Shown here: in pieces, positions 28,205 to 37,487 of the stretch
How positions within the stretch are numbered: the first letter of the stretch is position 1
Layout of the letters: every line of letters begins with the position of its first letter
DNA from: Oscillospiraceae bacterium
Lineage (GTDB): Bacteria > Bacillota > Clostridia > Oscillospirales > CAG-272
Assembly (NCBI GenBank): GCA_022009675.1
Contig: CP091718.1
Coordinates: 1,373,520-1,437,519 of the forward strand
DNA length: 64,000 bases
Direction of reading: 5' to 3'
Notes under the pieces: model-generated
The model's database searches: none
What the model was told of the DNA's origin: nothing
Seen by the model: only the letters and a program-made list of their open reading frames with translations
Made by a program: the position numbers and the translations under genes

Positions 28205-29132
28205 ATGTTTACGGATTTGACCGGAAAGAGACGGTATAAAATCAACCTGCATTGCCACTCGACCCGCTCGGACGGACGCATTTCCTACGAGGAGGTGCTC
28301 GCCGCCTATGCGCGCGCGGGATACGATATGCTTGCCGTGACCGACCACTGGGTGTGGGGCGAGGCGGGCACATTCACCGGAAGCCTGCCCGACGGCACGC
28401 CGCAGACCATGCGGATCCTGTCCGGCTGTGAATTCAATGTCGGCGGCGGGGGACAGCCTGGAGGGTGTTCTCCATATTCTCGGGTTGGATTGTCTCCAGC
28501 GACCGGCGCTGACGATGGCGCTGTACAACGATGCACGCCTGTCGCCACTGGAAAAAGCGCGTATCGTCATCAAGGAGATACACCGCGCGGGCGGTGTTGC
28601 CGTGCTGGCGCATCCCGCGTGGAGCCTGAATACACCGGAGCAATTCTACCAGCTCGGTGCCTATGAGGCGACCGAGATATACAATTCGGTGTCCGCGTGG
28701 GGAATGTCCGATCGTCCCTACTCCGGCGTCCTGATTGATGAGGTGGCTGCCCGCGGGCTGTGCCTGCCCCTGCTTGCCACCGATGACACGCACTACTATG
28801 ACGGGGATCAGTTCCGCGGAATGATTATGGCGGATGCGGATTTCGTGGATTCGGTCGGCTTTTCGCAGATGATCCGCGAGAACCGCTTCTATGCCACCAT
28901 GGGACCGGAGGTACACCTGGAGCGGGTGGACGAGGATACCGTGCGGTTGCGTTGTACGCCTGCTGCCAAAATCGTTTTCCTGTCCAATCTGGTTTGGACG
29001 GACGGGCGCGTCCGGCGCGGCAGCGGGCTGACCGAGGCGTCCTATAACTTCCAGGACGGGGAGACATACGTCCGCGCAGAGGTGACGGACGAAAACGGGC
29101 TGACCGCATGGAGCCGCATTGAGGTCAGGTAA
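28205..29132 (+). CDS. PHP-domain metal-dependent phosphoesterase; frame break in the G5 run near 28444-28451
   Basis: INLHCHSTRSDG and AVTDH are N-terminal PHP motifs; HPAW and ATDDTH lie later. ORFs 28205..28666 and 28428..29132 join at ...CEFNVGGG|DSLEGVLHILG. The start is uncertain, because a strong RBS precedes ATG 28174 in another frame. Confidence 0.7.
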
Positions 29133-29178
29133 ACGCGGCTTGCGCCTGTCGGGAGCCGATGAGAGAGGAGGTGTGCCC

Positions 29179-29910
29179 ATGCCGGAGGTTTGCGACGGTA
29201 TCCGGGCACGCCTCTTTTTGCTTGCCGATCCGGCGTACCGCGCGTTTCAGCAACCGCTGATCCCGACGGTGCCGCCGGAGCGTGTGATCGGTGTCCGGAC
29301 GCCTGCCCTGCGGGCGCTGGCGCGGGAGCTGGCAGGAACGTAGGCGGCGGAGACATTCCGCGCCGACCTGCCGCACCGGTATTTTGAGGAGAATCAGCTG
29401 CACGCCTTCCTGATCGAACGGATCCGCCACTTCGGGGAGACTGTAGCCGCGCTGGAAGCCTTCCTACCATATGTGGATAACTGGGCGACCTGCGATCAGA
29501 TGCGACCGCCTGCACTGGGGCAGGACGGGGCGGCGTTGGCAATCCGGTGCCGTGCATGGCTGGCGTCCGGGCGGGTGTATACCGTCCGGTTCGGGCTGGT
29601 GACGCTGATGCGGTATTTTCTGGGGGCGGGGAAGAGCGCCTTTCCTCCCGATCCGGAGGTTCCGGCACTGGCAGTCGCGGCGGCGGGAGAGGATTACTAT
29701 ACCCGCATGGCGGCGGCTTGGCTGTTTGCGGAAGGGCTGACGTGGCAGTACGAACTGTTCCTGCCATGGCTGACCGACTGTCGCCTGCCGCCGGAGCTGC
29801 ACCGCATGACGGTCCGGAAGGCGCTGGACAGCTACCGCGTGCCCGCCGAACGGAAGGCAGTTATCCGCCGGACGTGGACAGCCCGGACGCAGGCAGCGGA
29901 CAGGACATGA
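29179..29910 (+). CDS. DNA alkylation repair protein (AlkD/HEAT-repeat family); frame interrupted by one in-frame TAG at 29341-29343
   Basis: ORF 29119..29343 and the open frame leading into ORF 29473..29910 are the same frame, with no other stop between them. ...RTPALRALARELAGT*AAETFRADLPHRYFEENQLHAFLIE...VDNWATCDQ reads as one continuous family-like sequence. Confidence 0.7.
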
Positions 29911-30027
29911 CCGGCACGGCACGGCGCGGTGCCGCAGAGGAAAAGATCTCCGGACGGAAACCGGAGGTTTTTTCTTTTGCGGCACCGCTTTTTGCGATAA
30001 GGGACATACCGGGCGGCGGATCGGCGC

Positions 30028-30261
30028 TCACTCCTCCCCGTGCAGCTGCTTCGGGTAGCGGCGTGGCTCCTCGGTTTCGCCGAGCAGGTAATCCACGCTG
30101 GTGCCGTAGAAGCGCGCCAGCCGGATCAGAATGGCGGTCGGGATATCGTTTTCCCCTGTTTCGTACTTGGAGTAGCCTGTCTGCGACATGGAAAGCATCT
30201 TTGCCACCTGCGTCTGCGTCAGGTCGCGGTCTTCCCGCAGGTCACGGATTCTCGGATACAT
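30028..30261 (-). CDS. XRE-family helix-turn-helix transcriptional regulator
   Basis: MYPRIRDLREDRDLTQTQVAKMLSMSQTGYSKYETGENDIPTAILIRLARFYGTSVDYLLG is a classic HTH_3 sequence. Confidence 0.85.
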   Translation of the reverse strand: MYPRIRDLREDRDLTQTQVAKMLSMSQTGYSKYETGENDIPTAILIRLARFYGTSVDYLLGETEEPRRYPKQLHGEE

Positions 30262-30312
30262 CGGTCGGCTCCTTCGATTTCTTAAAAAGTAATACAAATA
30301 TCATAATTTAAT

Positions 30313-30354
30313 CTGTTTCAGGGTATTGACATTTAACCTGAAACAGGTTATAAT
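30313..30354 (+). promoter_or_regulatory. Consensus promoter bracketed by a perfect 10-bp inverted repeat (candidate XRE operator)
   Basis: ctgtttcagg (30313-30322) and cctgaaacag (30337-30346) flank TTGACA (30326-30331); a 17-nt spacer leads to TATAAT (30349-30354). Confidence 0.6.
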
Positions 30355-30572
30355 GGAGGGCAGACAGGGGAGAAAAGCGCCAAACTATTTGTTAAAATGC
30401 AAAATCACTAAACTAAAGAGGGGGAATTCGGGTGCTACAATCCCCGCCCGAAACCGTGCCGTGCCTTCGGAATTCTGGCGGTGGCTGGCACATACAAGCC
30501 CTCCCATATAGTTATCCGTCACACAAAGCAAAGCCAACGGTCAAAAAAATTCAGAAATCTTTCAAATTACCC

Positions 30573-30601
30573 TTGACAAATCAGCCGAAAGGCTGTATAA
30601 T
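30573..30601 (+). promoter_or_regulatory. Consensus sigma-70 promoter for the zinc-ribbon gene
   Basis: TTGACA, 17-nt spacer, TATAAT. The spacer contains the small palindrome cagcc-gaaa-ggctg. Confidence 0.6.
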
Positions 30602-30660
30602 GAGCGTAATCGTGCAGGATGTCTGCAACAGCAGCTGCACAAAAAGAATTGAGGTATTAC

Positions 30661-30939
30661 ATGTACACTGACAAGACTTTGGTCTGCAAGGATTGCGGAC
30701 GGGAATTCGTTTTTTCTGCGAGCGAGCAGGAGTTTTACGCCGAGAAGGGCTTCGAGAACGAGCCTCAGAGATGCCGGGACTGCCGGGCTGCACGGAAGGC
30801 AAACCGCGGTCAGGGCAACGGTCGTCCTATGTTCGACGCTGTGTGTGCTGAGTGCGGCAAGCCCTGCAAGGTTCCCTTCGAGCCTCGCAACGACCAGCCC
30901 GTGTTCTGCAGCGAGTGCTTCAAGAACCACAGAGGTTAA
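30661..30939 (+). CDS. Small double CxxC zinc-ribbon protein (zf-trcl-like)
   Basis: MYTDKTLVCKDCGREFVFSASEQEFYAEKGFENEPQRCRDCR...CAECGKPCKVPFEPRNDQPVFCSECF. The ATG at 30661 lies downstream of the promoter. Confidence 0.75.
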   Translation: MYTDKTLVCKDCGREFVFSASEQEFYAEKGFENEPQRCRDCRAARKANRGQGNGRPMFDAVCAECGKPCKVPFEPRNDQPVFCSECFKNHRG

Positions 30940-31041
30940 GGAAACCGCTGACTGATTCGGCGGCACGTCTCCGGCACGGCTTTCCCCGCCTTCCGGTGGG
31001 GAGGAACGACGCCCGGAGGGATGCCCCCTGAAAGTCAACAG

Positions 31042-31095
31042 AACGCCGCGCACGTATCTTTTTGGGGTACGTGCGCGGCGTTTGTGCGGTTTTCT
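31042..31095 (+). terminator. Rho-independent terminator
   Basis: 15-bp stem aacgccgcgcacgta / tacgtgcgcggcgtt, then tgtgcggttttctg. Confidence 0.7.
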
Positions 31096-31168
31096 GCGTC
31101 GGAAAGGGCTCTTTTGTCGGTCGGGGAAGTGAACACCCCAAGAAAATTTGAATTTTTGCAAAAACCCC

Positions 31169-31198
31169 TTGACAAACAGACCCCTTTTCGGGTATAAT
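31169..31198 (+). promoter_or_regulatory. Sigma-70 promoter for rpmH-rnpA
   Basis: TTGACA (31169-31174), 18-nt spacer, TATAAT (31193-31198). Confidence 0.6.
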
Positions 31199-31288
31199 AC
31201 AATGGTCATTGCCGATGTGTGTAACTATGCCCGCCGCATGGAGGGATCCCGGAACACAGGACGGTAAATCTTACAAGGAGGTGCAATC

Positions 31289-31423
31289 ATGCTCAGAACT
31301 TACCAGCCGAAGAAGCGCCAGAGAAAGAAGGAGCACGGTTTCCGCAAGAGAATGAAGACTGCTGACGGCAGACACGTTCTCAAGAGAAGACGCGCAAAAG
31401 GTAGAAAAAGACTGACCTACTAA
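31289..31423 (+). CDS. rpmH: 50S ribosomal protein L34
   Basis: [44 protein letters not shown]. 44 aa, below the ORF-track cut-off. An AAGGAGG RBS is present. Confidence 0.95.
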   Translation: MLRTYQPKKRQRKKEHGFRKRMKTADGRHVLKRRRAKGRKRLTY

Positions 31424-31624
31424 GGAGCACCGACCGCTTCAGCCACGCGCTGCATGCCGGACGGTACCCTGGGATTGTCTGTGGGCGCAAGGCGTCCGGA
31501 TGAGCTTCACCGCATAAACCACCGAGATCGGATAGACCAAGAGAGCGCAAGCGCCGTCTGGCTGTCTCGCCTCGGTGTTTTTTGACGGACGACTGCCCGC
31601 GGGTGCAGAGAGACCCGCACCGCT

Positions 31625-32044
31625 ATGAAAGAAATCGCAATTCGGGAAAATCACCTTTACCAGAAGGTCTTTCGCCGGGGCAAGCGCGCCGGGGGAAGAC
31701 TGGTGTCGGTCTGCGTCCTCCGGGACCTGTCCGCCAACCGCCTGCGCCGGGCTAACCCGCGCAAGCAGGCTGTCAACCGCATCGGGCTGTCGGTTCCCAA
31801 GCGGGAAAGCGGCGCCATCGGGCGTAACCGTGTCAAGCGCATCATCCGGGAGGGGCTTCGGCAGGTCACGCGCGAGCGTCCGCTCAGAACTGGCTTTCTC
31901 ATCGTCATCGCCGCCCGCCCCGGTATCGAGAAGCGGAAAAGCACCGAGATTGCCGCCGAGCTGCGATACCTGTTCCGCAAGCTGGATATGTTCCGCCCGG
32001 AGCCGGATGCACCTGCGGACGGCACGGACAGCGGCAAGCCATGA
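31625..32044 (+). CDS. rnpA: Ribonuclease P protein component
   Basis: Contains the RNR-type motif ([14 protein letters not shown]) and sits in the conserved position after rpmH. Confidence 0.85.
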   Translation: MKEIAIRENHLYQKVFRRGKRAGGRLVSVCVLRDLSANRLRRANPRKQAVNRIGLSVPKRESGAIGRNRVKRIIREGLRQVTRERPLRTGFLIVIAARPGIEKRKSTEIAAELRYLFRKLDMFRPEPDAPADGTDSGKP

Positions 32045-32439
32045 AACGCGTCTGCATGGCGCTGATCCGTTTCTATCAGCGCGCGCTGTCTGCACGCAAG
32101 CCCTACCCTACCTGCCGCTTTACCCCTACCTGCTCCGCATACGCCTACGAGGCGTTTGAAACGCGGGGCTTCTTCGCCGGATTTGTCCTTACAGTGTGGC
32201 GCCTGCTGCGTTGCAGTCCGCTTTCGCCGGGCGGCTATGACCCCGTCCCCCGCACCGGCTTCCGCACCATGCCCCTTCGCTGGAGCAAGTACGACCCCAA
32301 GCCCCCGGCGGACGAGCCGCCCTGTGGCGATGCGTATGACGGCGCGAACAGCAATGCGCCGGAGTGCCCCCGACCCCGCCGGATACCGACAACGACCGGG
32401 ATGCCGAAGCATGACAGTCCCGGCACTCATACCGGATAA
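32041..32439 (+). CDS. yidD: Membrane protein insertion efficiency factor YidD with a long C-terminal tail
   Basis: [36 protein letters not shown]. The start overlaps the rnpA stop. Confidence 0.85.
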   Translation: MKRVCMALIRFYQRALSARKPYPTCRFTPTCSAYAYEAFETRGFFAGFVLTVWRLLRCSPLSPGGYDPVPRTGFRTMPLRWSKYDPKPPADEPPCGDAYDGANSNAPECPRPRRIPTTTGMPKHDSPGTHTG

Positions 32440-32535
32440 GCAGCGGTCAGAATCAGAGGAACCGCGCCCGATCCGCGCCCTTGCAGCCGTGCGCCGCGCG
32501 TTGTATCGGATGAAACAGGAAAGGAATCCACGATA

Positions 32536-34299
32536 ATGATGAAGAGATCAAACAAGCGCACCCTTACCCGCGCCGTTCTATTCCGGACGGGACTTATTCT
32601 CCTGGCGTTGGCGATCCTGGGTGGGGTGCTGGTCAGCTGTGCCGGCGGGACTGTTGCGCCGACGCTGACCCTCAACAAGGAAGCCATCACGCCGAGCGAG
32701 GAAAACGGCAATGCCATGAACAAGGAACAGCTGAGCACGTTGGCGGAGAATATTCTGAAGAATTCCGCCGCCGTGACCATCCGGCAGCAGCTGGTCGCCG
32801 CCCTGAACGGGTACGACATGACGGCGGAGGGCTTTGACGATGCCGCTCTGCCGGAGGCACAGCCGGACAAGAGCGTGGAGTTTGCCCTCAACGTGCTTAA
32901 GTCCGAACAGTACAAGGTCGAGGTGTACGAGTCTGCCGACAGCATGACGCGGGCAGATCTGGAGATGCTGGTCAACAGCTTCCGTACGACCGTCAGTCTG
33001 GATGAGAACGTCAGCTTCCTGACCCGCATCCTGATGTGGATTGCGGTCGCTTTTGAGTGGATGATCAAGGTGCTGGGTTTCGGAAACTTCCTCCTCGGAA
33101 CCGTGTTCTTTGCCATCGCGGTGGAGATCATCATGCTGCCCATTGCCATCATTCAGCAGAACAACGCCCGCAAGCAGGCGCGGTTCCGTCCCAAGGAGAT
33201 GGCGATCCGCAAGAAGTACGCCGGGCGCACCGACCAGGCGACCATGCAGGAGATGCAGCGCGAGATCCAGGAGATGTACCAGAGGGAGGGCTACAACCCC
33301 ATGAGCTCCGGCTGCCTGCCGCTGCTGGTATCCCTGCCTATCGTGTTCGCCCTGTACTACGTGGTCATTGACCCGCTGAAGTATATGATGGGTTGCCCCA
33401 CGGATCTGGCGAACGCCCTTACCACCTTTGCGACCGCGCCCCGCGCCGCCGGCGGTCTGGGAATGACGCTCCAGTCCAACCGCGGCACCATCGAGATCCT
33501 GTCCAAGATCCGGGAGATGGGCGTCTCCACCCTGGAGCCGATGAAGGATTTCCGCTTCTTCACCAACGGTGCGGACTGCTTCAGCAAGATCAGCGAGGTG
33601 CTCAACACGCACAGCATCCCGGATTTCAGTATCGGTTCGCTCAACTTCGGACTGACGCCGGACATCGCGCACCCGAGCCTGCTGCTGCTCATTCCCGTGC
33701 TGACCTTCGGCGTCTACTTCGGAACCTCCAAGCTGACGCGCAAACTGACCTACCAGCCCACCACTGCCAATGACCCCGGAATGGGCTGCTCCACTACCGT
33801 GATGGATATCTCCATGCCCCTGATGTCCGCTGTGTTTACGCTTTGGGTACCCGGCGCGGTCGGTCTGTACTGGGCGATCAAGAGCATCGTGGGACTGGGC
33901 AAGCAGTTTATTATGAGCAAGGTTATGCCGATGCCTACCTTCACGGAGGCGGATTACAAGGCGGCAGAACGCGAGCTTGCAGGAAAGAGTAAGAACAAGC
34001 CGGTCAAGAAGAGCGGCACCCGCAACCCCAACGTGCGCTCCCTGCATCACATTGATGACGAGGATTATGACACGTCCGCCAAGCCGGCAAAGTCCGGCAA
34101 GCCGACGGCAACAGAAACGCCGGATGCCGACAAGCCCGCAGAGGCACCTGCCGAGACCCGGATGGGGGAGGGCGCTGTGCTGAAGGAGGATGTGTCTGCC
34201 GAGGAGCGGCGCGCAAACCGGAAAAAGAAGAAGGGCGGAGAGTCTCCCGCCGAAACAGACAAGCAGGATGAGGTAAACGGACATGAAGAAGGAAATTGA
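32536..34299 (+). CDS. yidC: YidC/Oxa1-family membrane insertase (lipoprotein type), unusually long at 587 aa
   Basis: Lipobox LVSC. The conserved core includes QQNNARKQARFRPKEMAIRKKY...MYQREGYNPMSSGCLPLLVSLPIVFALY. The C-terminal tail is long and charged. Confidence 0.85.
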   Translation: MMKRSNKRTLTRAVLFRTGLILLALAILGGVLVSCAGGTVAPTLTLNKEAITPSEENGNAMNKEQLSTLAENILKNSAAVTIRQQLVAALNGYDMTAEGFDDAALPEAQPDKSVEFALNVLKSEQYKVEVYESADSMTRADLEMLVNSFRTTVSLDENVSFLTRILMWIAVAFEWMIKVLGFGNFLLGTVFFAIAVEIIMLPIAIIQQNNARKQARFRPKEMAIRKKYAGRTDQATMQEMQREIQEMYQREGYNPMSSGCLPLLVSLPIVFALYYVVIDPLKYMMGCPTDLANALTTFATAPRAAGGLGMTLQSNRGTIEILSKIREMGVSTLEPMKDFRFFTNGADCFSKISEVLNTHSIPDFSIGSLNFGLTPDIAHPSLLLLIPVLTFGVYFGTSKLTRKLTYQPTTANDPGMGCSTTVMDISMPLMSAVFTLWVPGAVGLYWAIKSIVGLGKQFIMSKVMPMPTFTEADYKAAERELAGKSKNKPVKKSGTRNPNVRSLHHIDDEDYDTSAKPAKSGKPTATETPDADKPAEAPAETRMGEGAVLKEDVSAEERRANRKKKKGGESPAETDKQDEVNGHEEGN

Positions 34300-35326
34300 A
34301 GTCAGCGCAAGGACTAAGGAAGAAGCCATTGCCCAGGCAGTCGCTGAACTGGGCGCACCGAGTGAATCGGCACTGGTCATTACAGTGGTGCGTGAGGCAC
34401 GCAAAGGCTTTTTGGGATTCGGCGCCGTGGACGCGGTGATTCATGCGGCTTATCAGGTTCCGGACGAGCCGGCGGTTTCTGCCGGGGAGGACGGGGATGC
34501 CGAAGCCGCCGTGCGTCCCGCACGCGAGCCGCGCTCCGATAAGCCCCGCCGTCCGCGCGGAGACCGCCGGGGACGTCCTGCACGCGCACCGCGCCAGGAG
34601 GGCGAGACGGAGGAGACGTCGGAGGCTACGCCGGAGACACCTGCCCGCCCGCGTCCGGAGCCGATTGATCCCGAGACCGCTACCGCAAGCGAACAGACGG
34701 CATACCGCTTTGTCTGCAAGCTGGTGGAGGATATGGGGCTGTCCGACGTGACGGTCGCCATGCACCCGGGAACCAATGACGATATGGTCATCACGGTGGA
34801 CGGCAAGGAAGCGGGCGTGCTGATCGGGCATCACGGCGACACGCTGGATGCTCTGCAGTACCTTGCCAATCTTGCCGCAAACCGCAAGGAGGAGGGTGAG
34901 AAGCGGGAGTACGCCCGTATCACTGTGGATGTGGAGGATTACCGCGCCAAGCGTGAGGATGCACTCCGTGCGCTGGCACGCCGCAAGGGTGCGCAGGTGC
35001 TCAAATACAAGAAGAGCATCATGATGGAGCCCATGAATCCCTACGAGCGCCGCATCATCCACTCCGAGATCCAGATGATGGAGGGTGTTTCCACCAACTC
35101 CATCGGCGCCGAGAATAACCGGCGCGTGGTCATTTTCCTGGAGGCGGAGGGAATGCCTACCGCCGGGATCCGTCCTGTTGCGGAAGGCAAGGGTGACAGA
35201 CCTGCCGGGGAAAAGACGGGGCGCAATCGCCGGCGCCGCAAGCCGAAGTCCGAGCGGACGGTAGACCCGCTGGCACCGGCGATCCGCCGGGAGCCGCAGC
35301 CGTCGCTGTTCGGCGAGGGACGATGA
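34283..35326 (+). CDS. jag: Jag/KhpB RNA-binding protein (Jag_N, KH, R3H); probably continues to 35468 after a frame break near 35316-35320
   Basis: R3H motif RRIIHSEIQMMEGVSTNSIGAENNRRVVI. The next frame reads DDEHDPFDIDLSAALPPEEDAG...DGHDDAE-TAA (35466-35468), ending just before the terminator. Confidence 0.8.
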   Translation: MKKEIEVSARTKEEAIAQAVAELGAPSESALVITVVREARKGFLGFGAVDAVIHAAYQVPDEPAVSAGEDGDAEAAVRPAREPRSDKPRRPRGDRRGRPARAPRQEGETEETSEATPETPARPRPEPIDPETATASEQTAYRFVCKLVEDMGLSDVTVAMHPGTNDDMVITVDGKEAGVLIGHHGDTLDALQYLANLAANRKEEGEKREYARITVDVEDYRAKREDALRALARRKGAQVLKYKKSIMMEPMNPYERRIIHSEIQMMEGVSTNSIGAENNRRVVIFLEAEGMPTAGIRPVAEGKGDRPAGEKTGRNRRRRKPKSERTVDPLAPAIRREPQPSLFGEGR

Positions 35327-35474
35327 GCATGACCCGTTCGACATTGACCTGTCCGCCGCCCTGCCGCCTGAGGAGGATGCAGGCGATGCGGTTGCGTCCG
35401 GGACCGAAGTCGTAGCAGAGACTGAGGTCACGTCCGACGTTGCCGACGGGCACGACGACGCAGAGTAACGCGAG

Positions 35475-35514
35475 GAGGGCAGACTTTCCGTTTGGGGGGT
35501 CTGCCCTCTTTTTT
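35475..35514 (+). terminator. Rho-independent terminator
   Basis: gagggcagac / loop / gtctgccctc followed by a T6 run. Confidence 0.7.
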
Positions 35515-35524
35515 GGGAGGAAGT

Positions 35525-36914
35525 ATGAGTACCTACGCTTTTTTTGATACGGTTGCCGCTGTGGCAACGCCCTTTGGAAAGGGCGGCGTTGCGGTCATCA
35601 GGCTGTCCGGTACGGATGCGGCGGCGGTCGCCGCGCGGCTGTTCCGCCCGCGCTCCGGCAGGGCGCTGACCGATTACCCCGCCCGTGTGGCGGTCTGGGG
35701 GATATCCTGTCCCCGGACGAGCCGGGACGTGTACTGGATGACGGGCTGTGCACCCTGTTCCCCGCACCGCACTCCTTTACCGGGGAGGATGTGGCGGAAA
35801 TATCCTGCCACGGCGGCGTTCTGGTCACGCGCAGCGTGCTGGACGCCTGCCTGCGGGCGGGTGCGCGGCAGGCTTTGCCGGGCGAGTTCACGCGTCGGGC
35901 GTTCCTGAACGGTCGGCTGTCCCTGGACGAAGCGGAGGCGTTGGGCAACCTGCTGGAGGCGGGCAGTGATGAGCAGCTGCGCCTGTCCCGCGCGGGCATG
36001 AGCGGGCATTTGGCGCGCGAGACCGAGGCGATTTACGGCGCCCTGTGTCCGGTGCTGGCGAATCTTGAGGCGGGCATTGACTTCCCGGAGGAAGATCTGA
36101 CAGAGCTGACTCCGGCGGAACTGGCGGCGGCAGTCGCGGAGGCGGAGGGCACGTTTGCCGCCTGCTGGCGACATACCGGACGGGGCACGCCATTGCGGAA
36201 GGCATCCCGACTGCCATCTGCGGGGCGCCCAACGCGGGAAAAAGCTCGCTGTACAATCGGCTGGTGGGGCGGGATGCCGCCATCGTGACCGCTGTTGCCG
36301 GCACGACGCGGGACGTGCTGTCCGAGACGGTGCCGCTGGGGCGCGTGACACTGCGGCTGTCGGACACGGCGGGACTGCGTGAGAGCACGGATGAAGTGGA
36401 ACGCATCGGCGTCAGCCGCGCCCTTGCCGCGCTGGAGGCGGCAGAGCTTGTGCTCTGGATTGCCGATCCGATCGCACCGGCAGAGGCAGACGCGGATGGG
36501 GCGGCGGAGGCGGTTGCCGCAGCCGAGGCGTCCGGCAAGGCGGTCATCCGGATCCGCACCCGTGCCGACCTGTTGCCGCACCCTTTGCCGACCGGGGACG
36601 GCTGGCTGTACATCTCGACCGTGACCGGGGAAGGGATGGACGCTCTGCGCGAGGAGGTGGAGCGGCTGTTCATTGACGGCGCACTGCGCACGGGCGAGGA
36701 CGCCGTTGTGTTCAGTGCCCGGCAGGCGGCGGCGCTTTCGGACTGTGCCGATGCACTTCGCCGCGTTGCCGGGAGCCTTGCCGCCGGGCTGACTGCCGAC
36801 ATTTGTGCGGAGGATGTGCGCGTGGCGTTGGACGCGCTGGGGGATGTCTGCGGGCGCAATGTGCGGGAGGATGTCATTTCCGAGATTTTTTCCCGGTTCT
36901 GCGTCGGGAAATGA
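35525..36914 (+). CDS. mnmE: tRNA modification GTPase MnmE, split into three ORFs
   Basis: N-terminus FDTVAAVATPFGKGGVAVIRLSG, G-domain ICGAPNAGKSSLYNRLVGRDAAIVT, and C-terminal FCVGK. Frame breaks are at the G5 run 35697-35701 and near 36150-36165. Confidence 0.85.
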
Positions 36915-37075
36915 GTGCCTGCGACTGCGGGACGTATGCAAAGTGGGGGTAAAGACTCAAAATGAGTTTTTGACCCCTCCTTCTCTCTGACGGCGTTGGT
37001 TTTTCTGATTATCGGCTTCCGTGCCGGATCGGGATCGGCGGAAAATGCGCGGAGAGTGCGGTGGCGCGAAACAAG

Positions 37076-37106
37076 AAAAAATCCCGCACACAGGTGCGGG
37101 ATTTTT
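37076..37106. terminator. Bidirectional terminator (ends the minus-strand tRNA operon)
   Basis: aaaaa-atcccgcac / acag / gtgcgggat-tttt. Confidence 0.7.
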
Positions 37107-37190
37107 GGTGGGGGATGGTGGGTTCGGACCACCGAAGTCAGAGACAACAGATTTACAGTCTGCCCCCTTTGGCCACTCGGGAAATCCCCC
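37106..37190 (-). tRNA. tRNA-Tyr (anticodon GTA), long variable arm, CCA encoded
   Basis: The reverse complement is GGGGGAT...GCAGA-CTGTAAA-TCTGT...ATCCCCC-A-CCA, 85 nt. The T-loop reads TCCGAAC, which is atypical at position 55. Confidence 0.8.
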
Positions 37191-37193
37191 ATA

Positions 37194-37268
37194 TGGAGCT
37201 GGTGAACGGAGTCGAACCATCAACCTGCTGATTACAAATCAGCTGCTCTGCCATTGAGCCACACCAGC
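37194..37268 (-). tRNA. tRNA-Thr (anticodon TGT), CCA encoded
   Basis: The reverse complement is GCTGGTG...GCTGA-TTTGTAA-TCAGC...TTCGACT...CACCAGC-T-CCA, 75 nt. Confidence 0.9.
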
Positions 37269-37309
37269 ATTGACTGTTCGATCTGACAGCACATCAGCGG
37301 AACAGCACT

Positions 37310-37338
37310 ATTATATCACATTGCCGCGGGTTTGTCAA
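37310..37338 (-). promoter_or_regulatory. Consensus sigma-70 promoter for the tRNA-Thr/Tyr operon
   Basis: On the minus strand: TTGACA (37338-37333), 17-nt spacer, TATAAT (37315-37310). Confidence 0.65.
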
Positions 37339-37487
37339 GGGGTTTTTGAAAAATAATACGGGTAAGGCGCCACTTCCTGCGCCGGGCGGGTGGCTGCTTG
37401 ATCTGCCGTTTCGGCGCCCGCCGGGGACTTGCCCTCCTGCCTTGCCGGCATATTCTGCCGGGGAGCGGGAGGGCAGCCGACCGGTCG

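Noticed and set aside
28174-28239. A short upstream ORF (MPFIESEIKQYVYGFDRKETV) with a strong RBS before the PHP gene, considered as a separate leader peptide.
   Set aside because: It is more likely the true N-terminus of the PHP protein, displaced by another small indel. It cannot be resolved from this sequence alone.
29473-29481. A perfect DnaA box (tgtggataa) near the rpmH-mnmE origin-type cluster, considered as a sign of a possible oriC.
   Set aside because: It is a single box inside a coding region. I found no cluster of boxes, no AT-rich unwinding element and no dnaA gene in the window.
32578-34404. Very long ORFs antisense to, or out of frame with, real genes. Examples: 1938..3167(-), 7861..10086(+), 24704..26527(-), 32578..34404(-), 34004..35767(-), 37398..38948(+), 42534..43634(-), 45064..46269(-), 54149..55402(-), 57615..58832(+), 61958..63484(-).
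   Set aside because: These are typical GC-rich shadow ORFs. Their products are Arg/Gly/Pro/Ala-rich with no motifs. Each lies opposite a gene with unmistakable conserved sequence (yidC, jag, capD, ribosomal proteins, ABC ATPase, the Cys-module lipoprotein).
37106-37190. The atypical T-loop (TCCGAAC, C at position 55) in tRNA-Tyr, considered as a sign of a pseudo-tRNA or a special function.
   Set aside because: The acceptor, anticodon and variable arms and the CCA end are all normal. Given the error density of this sequence, a single base-call error is the simplest explanation.
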